Of a stretch of 64,000 bases of DNA, positions 55,636 to 64,000 are shown in pieces. Source of the DNA: Spirochaetia bacterium (lineage in GTDB: Bacteria; Spirochaetota; Spirochaetia; UBA9216). The stretch covers positions 1,600,001 through 1,664,000 of the forward strand of contig OY776510.1 in assembly GCA_963675665.1 (NCBI GenBank). The letters are read 5' to 3'. The notes under the pieces are model-generated. The model ran no database searches. It was given only the letters and a program-made list of their open reading frames with translations, and had not been told where the DNA came from. Within the stretch, counting starts at the first letter, position 1; each line of letters opens with the position of its first letter. A program made the position numbers and the translations under genes.

Positions 55636-58056
55636 ATGAAATACGGATATTTTGATGATAGCAAAAAGGAATATGTGATTACAAATCCGCAAACCCCGTC
55701 ACCGTGGATAAATTATTTCGGAACCGGCAGTTTCTTTTCCCTTTTTTCAAATACGGGCGGAGGTTACTGTTTCTACCGGGACGCGCTTCTGCGCCGTTTA
55801 ACCAGGTATCGCTATAATGATATCCCGGCCGATATGAACGGCAGGTGTTTTTATATCAGGGAAGACGCCGATATATGGTCTCCGTGTTGGAAACCGGTTA
55901 TGGAAGAGTTGGACAGTTATGAGTGCAGGCATGGAATGGGCTACTCACGTATCATCTCTTCACGGAAAGGGGTTGAATCGGAAGCCTCTTTTTTTGTACC
56001 GCCCGGGCTGAACTGTGAAGTGCACAGGATTAGGATTAAAAACAACAGCCGGAAAGAAAGGCGGATCAGTTTCTATTCATTTATTGAATTCTGTCTCTGG
56101 AATGCTCATGATGACATGACCAATTTCCAGCGTAATCTGAATGTGGGAGAAGTTGAGGTAGACGGCGGAACAATATACCATACCACCGAATACAGGGAAC
56201 GGCGTAATCATTACGCCTTTTACAGCCTTAACCGCACACCCGACGGTTTCGATACCGACCGGGATACTTTTATCGGGACAAACCGCGGGCCCGGCAGACC
56301 GGCGGCAGTTGAAGCTGGTCAAAGCTTCGGAAGCCTGGCAACCGGTTGGTATCCCTGCGCATCGCATCGAGTGGATCTGTGTCTTCAGCCGGGTGAATCA
56401 GAAAGCCTGATATTTGTTCTGGGTTACGCAGAGAATGATGAGAACAGCAAATGGGTGGACGGACGGCTGAACAAGGCCCCGGCCGAACAGCTGATTAATC
56501 ATTTTCAGACCGACAGGGATGTTGATTCGGCTCTTCGGGAGCTGGCAACGTACTGGGACCGGAAACTGGGGCATTTCCGGGTAACAACCGGTATCGAGAA
56601 GTTTGATCGTATGATGAATATCTGGAACCAGTATCAGTGCATGGTGACTTATAATTTGTCGCGAAGCGCCTCGATGTATGAATCAGGAATCGGCCGCGGC
56701 ATCGGTTTTCGCGACACCAACCAGGATTTGCTGGGCATTATGCATATGGATCCCGAAAAAGCGCGGCAAAGACTTAGCGATGTAGCGTCCATTCAGTTTG
56801 CCGCCGGGGGTTCCTTTCATCAGTATCAGCCGCTTACCAGAAAGGGCAATGATGCAGTCGGCGGCGATTTTAATGATGATCCGCTGTGGCTGATAATTGC
56901 AGTCTGCGCCTATGTGAAGGAAACCGGAGATTTTTCAATTCTACAGGAGCAGGTGCCTTTTGCCGGTGCAGACGGTTTCCCGGATCCCGCCACGGATAAC
57001 GCAGTAATGGCGGACCATCTGAAGGCGGCATTTCATTTTGTAAACGAAAACCGCGGTCCGCACGGACTTCCGCTCATCGGTCGGGCCGACTGGAATGATT
57101 GTTTGAATCTGAATTGCTTTTCAACCAACCCGGACGAATCGTTTCAGACGGTTGTAAACAGTGATTCGGGTACTGCAGAATCGGTTCTGATAGCGGCAAT
57201 GCTGGTATATGCTGCAAAGGATTATGCCGAATTATGTCGTCGCGCAGGCGGGGCCCTGAAAGATGAGGCTGTATATACAGAAAACGCGGCGGCAGAAATG
57301 AAAGATATAATAATCAGGAAAGCCTGGGACGGGGATTGGTTTCTGCGAGCCTTTGATGCCGAAGGGCGAAAAGTCGGAAGCAGTGAAAACGCCGAAGGAA
57401 GGATTTTTATTGAGCCGCAGGGCTTTTGTTCAATGGCGGGCATCGGCGCAGAGCTTGGATATCCTCAAAAAGCTCTTGATTCTGTAGGGACCCACCTGGC
57501 CCATGAATACGGTATTAATCTATTGTCGCCCGCTTTCAGGTCCTACGATTTATCAAAAGGCGAGATTACCTCATATCCGCCGGGTTATAAGGAAAACGGC
57601 GGTATTTTCTGCCATAATAATCCCTGGGTAATTATAGGCGAAGCAGTATCGGGGCGGGGAGAAAGGGCTTTTAGCTATTATAAGAAAATTGCCCCGGCAT
57701 TTATAGAAGATATCAGTGAGCTGCACCGGGCCGAACCCTATGTTTACGCACAGATGATTGCAGGCAGCGAATCAAAGACCCCCGGCCAGGCAAAAAACTC
57801 CTGGCTAACCGGAACTGCAGCCTGGAATTTTATAGCAGCATCTCAATGGATACTTGGTATCAGGCCCGCGTTTGACGGCTTGATTATCGAACCCTGTCTG
57901 CCTTCTGACATCAGGCATATTGAGGCGGTCCGGTATTTTCGGGGGACTCGATGTGAAATAATCATAGAGAACCCGGACGGACACACTAAAGGAAAGGTCA
58001 TGCATGTACCGCTTGCGGATATCCGGAAGAACAATAAAATTTATTATTCCATGTAA
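55636..58056 (+). CDS. GH94 glycoside phosphorylase (cellobiose phosphorylase-like)
   Basis: MKYGYFDD..KEYVI..P.TP.PWINY, SRSAS..ESG.GRG.GFRD.NQD, GRADWNDCL, YPPGYKENGG.F.H, KNSWLTGTA.W. Confidence 0.92.
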   Translation: MKYGYFDDSKKEYVITNPQTPSPWINYFGTGSFFSLFSNTGGGYCFYRDALLRRLTRYRYNDIPADMNGRCFYIREDADIWSPCWKPVMEELDSYECRHGMGYSRIISSRKGVESEASFFVPPGLNCEVHRIRIKNNSRKERRISFYSFIEFCLWNAHDDMTNFQRNLNVGEVEVDGGTIYHTTEYRERRNHYAFYSLNRTPDGFDTDRDTFIGTNRGPGRPAAVEAGQSFGSLATGWYPCASHRVDLCLQPGESESLIFVLGYAENDENSKWVDGRLNKAPAEQLINHFQTDRDVDSALRELATYWDRKLGHFRVTTGIEKFDRMMNIWNQYQCMVTYNLSRSASMYESGIGRGIGFRDTNQDLLGIMHMDPEKARQRLSDVASIQFAAGGSFHQYQPLTRKGNDAVGGDFNDDPLWLIIAVCAYVKETGDFSILQEQVPFAGADGFPDPATDNAVMADHLKAAFHFVNENRGPHGLPLIGRADWNDCLNLNCFSTNPDESFQTVVNSDSGTAESVLIAAMLVYAAKDYAELCRRAGGALKDEAVYTENAAAEMKDIIIRKAWDGDWFLRAFDAEGRKVGSSENAEGRIFIEPQGFCSMAGIGAELGYPQKALDSVGTHLAHEYGINLLSPAFRSYDLSKGEITSYPPGYKENGGIFCHNNPWVIIGEAVSGRGERAFSYYKKIAPAFIEDISELHRAEPYVYAQMIAGSESKTPGQAKNSWLTGTAAWNFIAASQWILGIRPAFDGLIIEPCLPSDIRHIEAVRYFRGTRCEIIIENPDGHTKGKVMHVPLADIRKNNKIYYSM

Positions 58057-58124
58057 TTCCGTGATCTGCTTGATCTCGGCCGTTGTTATAATCTAAAATT
58101 GGTTCTTTGAGATGGAGGAGACAG

Positions 58125-59306
58125 GTGGATTTTACTGAAAAACTGGCTGAACGAACAAATATCATGGGGGTAAGCGCGATAAGAGAAATCCTGAAAGTAG
58201 TAGGTAAACCCGGAATGGTTTCGCTTGCCGGAGGAATTCCAAGCCCGGACAGTTTTCCGATGGAAAGAATCAGGGAACTGACCGACCGGGTTTTTTCCAA
58301 ATACGGATCTTCCGCTTTTCAGTATGATCTCAGCGAAGGATTTATCCCGCTCCGCGAGGCGATGGTGGGGTACCTTGACCAGCGAGGTATATCTGTTACT
58401 GCTGAACAGGTTCTTATTCAAAGCGGTTCCCAGGGAGTGCTTGATGCGCTCTGCAAGGTTCTTATTACCAAAGGCGATAAAATTGCAGTCGAGGCCCCTA
58501 CCTACCTGGGCGCAATCCAGGCTTTTAAACCTTATGAGCCGGAATTTATCCGAATGGATATGGATGAGGACGGCCTTATTCCCGACTCCCTTGAAGAAGT
58601 GCTGAAAAATCATAAAATTAAATTTGTCTATACAGTACCGACTTTTCAGAATCCGACAGGCAGAAGCATCAGCCTTGAACGAAGAAAACGTATTGCGGAG
58701 ATTATTGTTAAATACGGCGCCCTGCTTGTTGAAGACGACCCCTACAGTAATCTGCGTTATCAGGGACAGGCGCTTCCGGCAATTAAAACCATGGCGCCCG
58801 ATAATGTCGTGTATATCACAACCCTGTCAAAGGTCCTGGCTCCCGGTTTGCGGATAGGAGTTGTTGTAGCGCCTGAGCTGATTTCAAACTGGCTGGTTAT
58901 CGTCAAACAGGGAGTGGATCTTCATACCTCAACTTTTTCACAGGCAATAGCCGCAGAATACGTTTCAGGCGGTTACATTAACGAGCAGCTGCCCAAGATT
59001 ATTGAACTGTACCGGCCCAAACATGCAGCAATGCTTAACGCACTGGAAAAATACTTTCCTGCAGGGTTCAGCTTTTCAAGGCCGGAAGGCGGTATGTTTA
59101 TCTGGGCTGAAGGGCCTTCTCACCTGGATCTTGTAGAGGCATACTGGAAGGCAGTGGAAAATAATGTTGCCTATGTACCGGGAAAATATTTTTATACAGA
59201 AGATTCCGAAGGGCATTCCACAATGAGACTCAATTTTACCATGGCGGAAGTTCCTGCAATTGAAGCTGCAATTGAAAAACTGGGCGGGGTATTGAAAACT
59301 CTTTAG
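58125..59306 (+). CDS. PLP-dependent class I aminotransferase (LysN/ARO8-like)
   Basis: SAIREILK, SLAGG.P, FQNPTG, EDDPY, SK.LAPGLR.G, GGMF.W; GTG start after SD ggagg. Confidence 0.9.
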   Translation: MDFTEKLAERTNIMGVSAIREILKVVGKPGMVSLAGGIPSPDSFPMERIRELTDRVFSKYGSSAFQYDLSEGFIPLREAMVGYLDQRGISVTAEQVLIQSGSQGVLDALCKVLITKGDKIAVEAPTYLGAIQAFKPYEPEFIRMDMDEDGLIPDSLEEVLKNHKIKFVYTVPTFQNPTGRSISLERRKRIAEIIVKYGALLVEDDPYSNLRYQGQALPAIKTMAPDNVVYITTLSKVLAPGLRIGVVVAPELISNWLVIVKQGVDLHTSTFSQAIAAEYVSGGYINEQLPKIIELYRPKHAAMLNALEKYFPAGFSFSRPEGGMFIWAEGPSHLDLVEAYWKAVENNVAYVPGKYFYTEDSEGHSTMRLNFTMAEVPAIEAAIEKLGGVLKTL

Positions 59307-59338
59307 GAGCTTTTTATTTTCTGATCGTCAATTCAGTC

Positions 59339-59403
59339 CTGTTTGTAAATTATGTGAATATTAAAATAACATAGTTTACAAACGGTATATTTAGTCTTAC
59401 AAT
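59339..59403 (+). promoter_or_regulatory. Inverted repeat overlapping a putative sigma70 promoter of the rpe operon
   Basis: ctgtttgtaaattatgt...acatagtttacaaacgg (15/17 match); TTTACA(59375)-17 nt-TACAAT(59398). Confidence 0.55.
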
Positions 59404-59409
59404 TTACAC

Positions 59410-60063
59410 ATGATAGAATTATGCGGCTCACTGCTGGCGGCTAATCATGTCCGTTTGGCCGGGGACCTTAAAACAGCTGAAAAATCCGGAATTACCAGAT
59501 TTCATATCGATGTATGCGACGGGCATTATACTCCGCATTTAGCCTTCGGCGATCAGGTGGTCCGTGATCTGAGGCTTGAAACCGATTCGGTGCTTGAAGC
59601 GCACCTGGCAGTGCATAATATGCCCTCCATCAGCGAACCTTTCCTTGAAAGCGGAATAGATATACTTACAATACAGTATGAAAGCTGCGAACTCCCTTCC
59701 CGGCTGATGAAAAGAATCCGGAAGGCCGGAGTCAGTCCCGGAATCTGTTTTATTCCTGCCACCCGGTTTGAAGAAACCGAGTTTTTTCTGGATGAAGCGG
59801 ATTTTGTTAATATTCTTGGCGTCGATCCGGGGATTGGAGGGCAGGAATTTTCTTACAAGATTCTTAAAAAAATAGAACTCACAGCAGATTTTATAAGCCG
59901 AAATAATCTCAACACAAAAATATCAGTAGACGGCGGTGTTAATATTGAAACCATGAACGCTATAATTGATGCCGGCGCTGATATTCTGACTTTCGGAAGT
60001 GCGGTATTCAGCGGTAATATTGAAGATAATATAATGCAGATCAGAAGGAGAATTGCAGTATGA
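59410..60063 (+). CDS. rpe: Ribulose-phosphate 3-epimerase family protein
   Basis: S.LAA, HIDV.DGH, HL, V.PG.GGQ.F, VDGGVN, AGAD...GSA.F. Confidence 0.88.
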   Translation: MIELCGSLLAANHVRLAGDLKTAEKSGITRFHIDVCDGHYTPHLAFGDQVVRDLRLETDSVLEAHLAVHNMPSISEPFLESGIDILTIQYESCELPSRLMKRIRKAGVSPGICFIPATRFEETEFFLDEADFVNILGVDPGIGGQEFSYKILKKIELTADFISRNNLNTKISVDGGVNIETMNAIIDAGADILTFGSAVFSGNIEDNIMQIRRRIAV

Positions 60064-61601
60064 GCAGGTATGTATTGGGTATAGACGCAGGTACGGAAAG
60101 CATTCGTGCCGGAATATATGATGAAAAGGGCAAGTGTATCAGTTTCGGAGTGAGTGAAAACAAAAATATTCACCGCCACCCGGGGTGGGGTGAACAGAGT
60201 GTTGAACAGTGGGATAAATCACTTATCGAATCCATCCGCGAAGCTGTCGCAAAATCAGGAATCGATCCGGAACAGATAGAGGGCATCGGTCTTGACGGAA
60301 CAAGCTGTACTGTAGTCTGCCTTGATAAAAACGGCAAGTCTCTCCGTGATGCTGTGATGTGGATGGATATACGAGCCTCGGCAGAAGCGGATGAAATAGC
60401 AGCCTGCGGCGATCCTGCCCTGAAATACGTCGGATTCAGCAAGGTTTCGGCTGAATGGTTTCCATGTAAAACCCTGTGGATAAAGCGCAATGAACCTGAA
60501 TTATATGCTGATGCGGAAACAATTTTTGAGCATACCGACTGGCTTGCCTATAGATTGACCGGTGAAAAAACTGCAAACATCAACACGGTGTCTGTAAGAT
60601 GGTTTTATAACAAAAAAGAAGGCGGTTTTCCAAAATCTCTGTATGAAAAAATCGGGCTGTCGGATATTTTCAGCAAGCTGCCGGAGCGTGTTGTTGAAAT
60701 CGGGGAAGTTGTCGGCGGGCTGTCTGCAAAAGCGGCCGCCGAAACCGGGCTTAAGGAAGGAATCCCTGTGGCCGGCGGCGGTGCCGATGCGTACATAGGG
60801 GTTATCGGCGTCAACGCGCTAAAACCGGGAAAATTGGCGCTTATAACCGGGTCTTCGCAGCTTCATATCGGTTTGACCGATACCGAGCTGCATGCTCTGG
60901 GAATTTTCGGGACTTTTCCGGGCGCAATTATTCCCGGCGCCGAAGTTGTTGAAGCCGGCCAGATTTCCACCGGTTCCATTATTAAATGGTTTATTACCAA
61001 TTTCCTGGGATCAGAGATAAAGGAAGAAGCCGAACGCCGCGGAGTTTCTGTTTATGATGTTCTTAACGAACAGGCGGCAAAGCTGCCTCCCGGCTCCGAG
61101 GGCTTGGTAGTGCTTGAGCACTGGCAGGGCAACCGTACTCCGTGGGTTGATGCAAACAGCCGCGGCGTTATTCGCGGTTTAACATTAAAACATACTCCCG
61201 CCCATATTTTCAGGGCGATTATGGAAGGCGTTGTATACGGTACCCAGGTAATTCTTCAGAAGATGGAAGAAGGCGGGGTTTATATTGACGAAATAATTAC
61301 CTGCGGCGGCGCAACGCAGAGCGATCTGTGGATGCAGATTCATGCCGATGTTACCGGCAAGCCGTTTACTATTCCCGAAGAGCAGCAGGCGGTATCGCTT
61401 GGTTCAGCTATTGCTGCAGCCGTCGGCGCCGGGATATATCCTGACCTGCAGGCCGGGGCGGATGCGATGGTACGGATTGCAAAGATTGTAAAGCCTGATC
61501 CGGCAAACACGGAGAAATACCGTGAATACGTAAGGCAGTATGAAGCCACCTACGAAAATCTGAAGGATGAATCAGCCAGATTGGTTAAGAGTCTTGAGTA
61601 A
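60060..61601 (+). CDS. FGGY family pentulose/ribulokinase-like kinase
   Basis: GIDAGTES.RA, DGT.CT.V, WMD.RA, S.EW, GNRTP, GGAT.S..W.Q.HADV. Confidence 0.9.
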   Translation: MSRYVLGIDAGTESIRAGIYDEKGKCISFGVSENKNIHRHPGWGEQSVEQWDKSLIESIREAVAKSGIDPEQIEGIGLDGTSCTVVCLDKNGKSLRDAVMWMDIRASAEADEIAACGDPALKYVGFSKVSAEWFPCKTLWIKRNEPELYADAETIFEHTDWLAYRLTGEKTANINTVSVRWFYNKKEGGFPKSLYEKIGLSDIFSKLPERVVEIGEVVGGLSAKAAAETGLKEGIPVAGGGADAYIGVIGVNALKPGKLALITGSSQLHIGLTDTELHALGIFGTFPGAIIPGAEVVEAGQISTGSIIKWFITNFLGSEIKEEAERRGVSVYDVLNEQAAKLPPGSEGLVVLEHWQGNRTPWVDANSRGVIRGLTLKHTPAHIFRAIMEGVVYGTQVILQKMEEGGVYIDEIITCGGATQSDLWMQIHADVTGKPFTIPEEQQAVSLGSAIAAAVGAGIYPDLQAGADAMVRIAKIVKPDPANTEKYREYVRQYEATYENLKDESARLVKSLE

Positions 61602-61622
61602 CCTTCAGGAGCAGCATATCTG

Positions 61623-62576
61623 ATGAACGACTCCGAGTACAACCGGTATTCTGTTCTGGCTGAAATAGCAGAGCTTTATTTCCTGAAAGGGATGCAGCAG
61701 GCGGCTATTGCCGATAAAATGAAAATATCCCGTTCTCTTGTGTCGCGGATGATAACCGAAGCGCAGGAGAAGGGTATTGTTTCGATAACTATAAATCATT
61801 TTTTCAAACGATCTGAAAAACATGAGAAGGAACTGGGCAGGCGTTTCGGTTTACAGAATTCACGTGTTTTGATTCTGCCCAACAGCATGAAAGAAGACGA
61901 AATAAAAAAGCAGCTCGGGCGGTTTGCCGCTGATCAGATATACGGCAAAATTAAACGCGGCTGGAATATCGGGTTCACATTCGGAACAACTCTGAAAGAG
62001 ATAGTAGACGCTCTGTCTGTGAAGCCGCCCCGGCAGGTGACATTTTTACAGTTGACGGGTTCTCTCGGGGCGGCTGAAGCTGCATTTGACTCACATGAGC
62101 TGGTTCATCTGCTGTCTTCAGCCTGGAACTGTGAGGGCGTGTTCCTTCATGCGCCGCTGATAGTTAACAGCACCGAAGTAAGGCATCATTTATACGGAAG
62201 TCGAAGCAATATCCGAAATGCAGAGCTTTGCAGGAAACTTGATATTGCAGTAGTCGGTTTAAGCTCGTATGAGAATGCATATTCATCGGCGCTTTACAGC
62301 GGCGGACATATAGGCGCCGAAGACATGCTGATGATGAGAAAAGCCGGAATAATCGGAGATGTCGGTTCATACAGTATTAATGAAGACGGCAGGCTTGTTG
62401 ATATTCAAACTCTGACCCGGATGATTGGGTTTGATGAAGATGAATGGAAGAATATAAAAAACAGGTACGGGATTGCGGCAGGAGATCATAAGCTGAATAT
62501 TATCAGGGCTGCCTTGAAGGGCGGCTGGCTTACCGGGTTGATCACCGATGAACAGACTGCTGACAATCTTCTTTAA
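61623..62576 (+). CDS. SorC/LsrR family sugar-binding regulator
   Basis: A.LYF..G..Q..IA....SR..VSR....A...GIV.I; K...I.AAL.GG....LITDE.TA. Confidence 0.9.
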   Translation: MNDSEYNRYSVLAEIAELYFLKGMQQAAIADKMKISRSLVSRMITEAQEKGIVSITINHFFKRSEKHEKELGRRFGLQNSRVLILPNSMKEDEIKKQLGRFAADQIYGKIKRGWNIGFTFGTTLKEIVDALSVKPPRQVTFLQLTGSLGAAEAAFDSHELVHLLSSAWNCEGVFLHAPLIVNSTEVRHHLYGSRSNIRNAELCRKLDIAVVGLSSYENAYSSALYSGGHIGAEDMLMMRKAGIIGDVGSYSINEDGRLVDIQTLTRMIGFDEDEWKNIKNRYGIAAGDHKLNIIRAALKGGWLTGLITDEQTADNLL

Positions 62577-62617
62577 TTTCATGTTATACTTATAAAAACA
62601 TTTCGGAAGGAGTTGTT

Positions 62618-63511
62618 ATGAGTAAAAAGATCGCTGTGATGGGTGCAGGAATAATGGCTACCGGTATCGGCAAAACACTTTTGTCTGCGGGTTATTCTGT
62701 CAGCTGCTATAACAGGACTAAAGAGCATTCCTCTGCTCTTATTCAGTCCGGCGCTGAATATTTTGATTCTCCGGCCGGAGCCGCCGCAGGTGCGGAGTTT
62801 ATTGTCAGCATGGTATGGGATAAAAAGGCTTTTGACCATGTAATGCTTGGCCCCGGAGGTCTGTATGAGAACGCTGCAAAAGACCAGATTTTTATAGATA
62901 TGAGTACCCAGCTGCCGGAAGCGGCAATTGAAGCGGCTGAAGCTTTCAGAAAAAAGGGTGCACATTTTATCGATGCTCCCGTTCACGGAACCAAAGGCGA
63001 AGCAAATTCAGGTGGGCTCTGGATAATGGCCGGCGGCGACCGGGCAGTATATGAGCGGGCAACCGAGGTTTTTAAAATAATCGGAGAAACTTACCACTAT
63101 ATGGGTGGAAACGGCAAAGGATACGCTTCCAAGCTCTGCGGAAACCATCTCGTTTCCACAATTGTTGCGGCGGTATGCGAATCCATGGTTCTTGCGTCCA
63201 AAGCAGGGATCGAACCGAATGAAATACTGAAAGTCTGGATGGAATCAGATTTCAGATCTCCGGTTGTGGACGGAGTCGGCAATTCAATTATCAGCAGGGA
63301 TTTCGATGTTTCATTTCACCTGCGGACTATGGTCAAGGACACAGAGCTTATCCGTAATTTTTCCGAATCGATTAATGTTCCGGTACTGCTTTCCAACATT
63401 GTTCATGAAGTGAACAAAATAGGACTGAATATGGGTGTTGGAGATGAGAACGCATCGGCAGTTGTGAAGGTTTTTGAGCATATGGCCGGCGCAGAAATTG
63501 GAAAAAAGTAA
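62618..63511 (+). CDS. NAD(P)-dependent beta-hydroxyacid dehydrogenase (GarR/MmsB family)
   Basis: G.GIM, YNRT, IDMST, DAPV.G, GG, catalytic K..N (KLCGN), F.L..M.KD. Confidence 0.9.
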   Translation: MSKKIAVMGAGIMATGIGKTLLSAGYSVSCYNRTKEHSSALIQSGAEYFDSPAGAAAGAEFIVSMVWDKKAFDHVMLGPGGLYENAAKDQIFIDMSTQLPEAAIEAAEAFRKKGAHFIDAPVHGTKGEANSGGLWIMAGGDRAVYERATEVFKIIGETYHYMGGNGKGYASKLCGNHLVSTIVAAVCESMVLASKAGIEPNEILKVWMESDFRSPVVDGVGNSIISRDFDVSFHLRTMVKDTELIRNFSESINVPVLLSNIVHEVNKIGLNMGVGDENASAVVKVFEHMAGAEIGKK

Positions 63512-63545
63512 CTCATGCAAAAAGCTGAGATAAGGAGCATATAAT

Positions 63546-64000
63546 TTGAAAGAAGGAAAACTCCTTTATTATTTTTTCCCGGTGATGATTGCAGCTTTTG
63601 CGGGTGCAGCCTTTATTGTTGACGGGTCGGGAGCATTTTTCAGGTTCCTTGGTCTTCAGCTGCAGCCCGCAAGACTGATTAGCGATTTTATAATGACCGG
63701 CGGCACAGGCGCGGCATTGCTGAACTCCGCCGTTGTCGGTTTAATCGGGTTTATTCTGATCATCGTAACCGGGACAACCCTGTCCGGACCGACCTTTGCT
63801 GCTGTGTTCACAATGATGGGGTTCGGTCTTTTCGGTAAAACGCCGCTGAATATTCTTCCGATAATCTGCGGTGTTTTTCTCTCTTCGCGTTTTGCCCTGA
63901 AAAGCTTCAGGGAATATATCATTATAGCCCTGTTCGGAACAGCACTGGGCCCTCTTGTGAGCGCTATTGCTTTTGAAATGGGGCTGACCGGAGGTCCGGC
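63546..64000 (+). CDS. DUF1576-like membrane protein, 3'-truncated by the window edge (absent from the ORF track)
   Basis: Hand translation from TTG after SD aaggag: ...LISDFIMTGGTGAALLN...GPTFAAVFTMMGFGLFGKTPLNILPIICG...ALFGTALGPLV; frame open to the window end. Confidence 0.75.
   Translation, partial: MKEGKLLYYFFPVMIAAFAGAAFIVDGSGAFFRFLGLQLQPARLISDFIMTGGTGAALLNSAVVGLIGFILIIVTGTTLSGPTFAAVFTMMGFGLFGKTPLNILPIICGVFLSSRFALKSFREYIIIALFGTALGPLVSAIAFEMGLTGGP

Noticed and set aside
11539-58124. Longest-ORF starts at 11539, 27177, 37286, 40167, 42525, 44313, 52354 and 58107
   Set aside because: They overlap upstream genes, hairpins or repeats, or lack an SD; downstream SD-backed starts were chosen
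1-64000. Mobile elements, prophage, defence systems, tRNA/rRNA
   Set aside because: No transposase, integrase, phage, nuclease or structural RNA signatures were recognised; small RNAs could be missed without covariance searches

Overview
64 kb of a bacterial chromosome devoted almost entirely to carbohydrate and organic-acid uptake and catabolism. The solute-binding proteins have uncharged 'xGG(Q/T)QES' or 'ANGAAEE' N-termini, and the anaerobic enzyme set suggests a free-living anaerobic spirochaete (inference only). Modules in order: GH4 glycosidase plus an M24-fold protein; a maltose ABC/GH65 phosphorylase/MalR locus; a LacI-regulated sugar ABC + dhaKL + cupin operon; a lactate operon (GntR, LarA, EtfBA, FAD-LDH); an MFS transporter; and a large sigma54 regulon. 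That regulon has three -24/-12 promoters, each preceded by a shared TGT-N11-ACA site, and a PrpR-like activator. It covers a UxaA/SuyAB-family lyase, a four-subunit 2-oxoacid:ferredoxin oxidoreductase, DUF2877, a split transketolase, FdrA plus an unlisted 52-aa partner plus DUF1116, a divergent flavoprotein, a divergent acetate-family kinase, and W-AOR with ThiS. It is followed by TRAP, isomerase, mutarotase, VOC and ALDH genes. Next are a deoR-btpA-M29-FGGY operon interrupted by a structured 112-bp tandem array, a ROK/GH94 locus, an aminotransferase and a pentulose-type operon. No mobile-element genes, CRISPR arrays, rRNA or tRNA were recognised. The best candidates for novelty are the kinase-free sigma54 catabolic pathway (about 24.4-48.8 kb) and the 112-bp three-hairpin array carrying an SD plus mini-ORF (52.35-52.89 kb). 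All family assignments come from motif recognition by eye; no searches were run.
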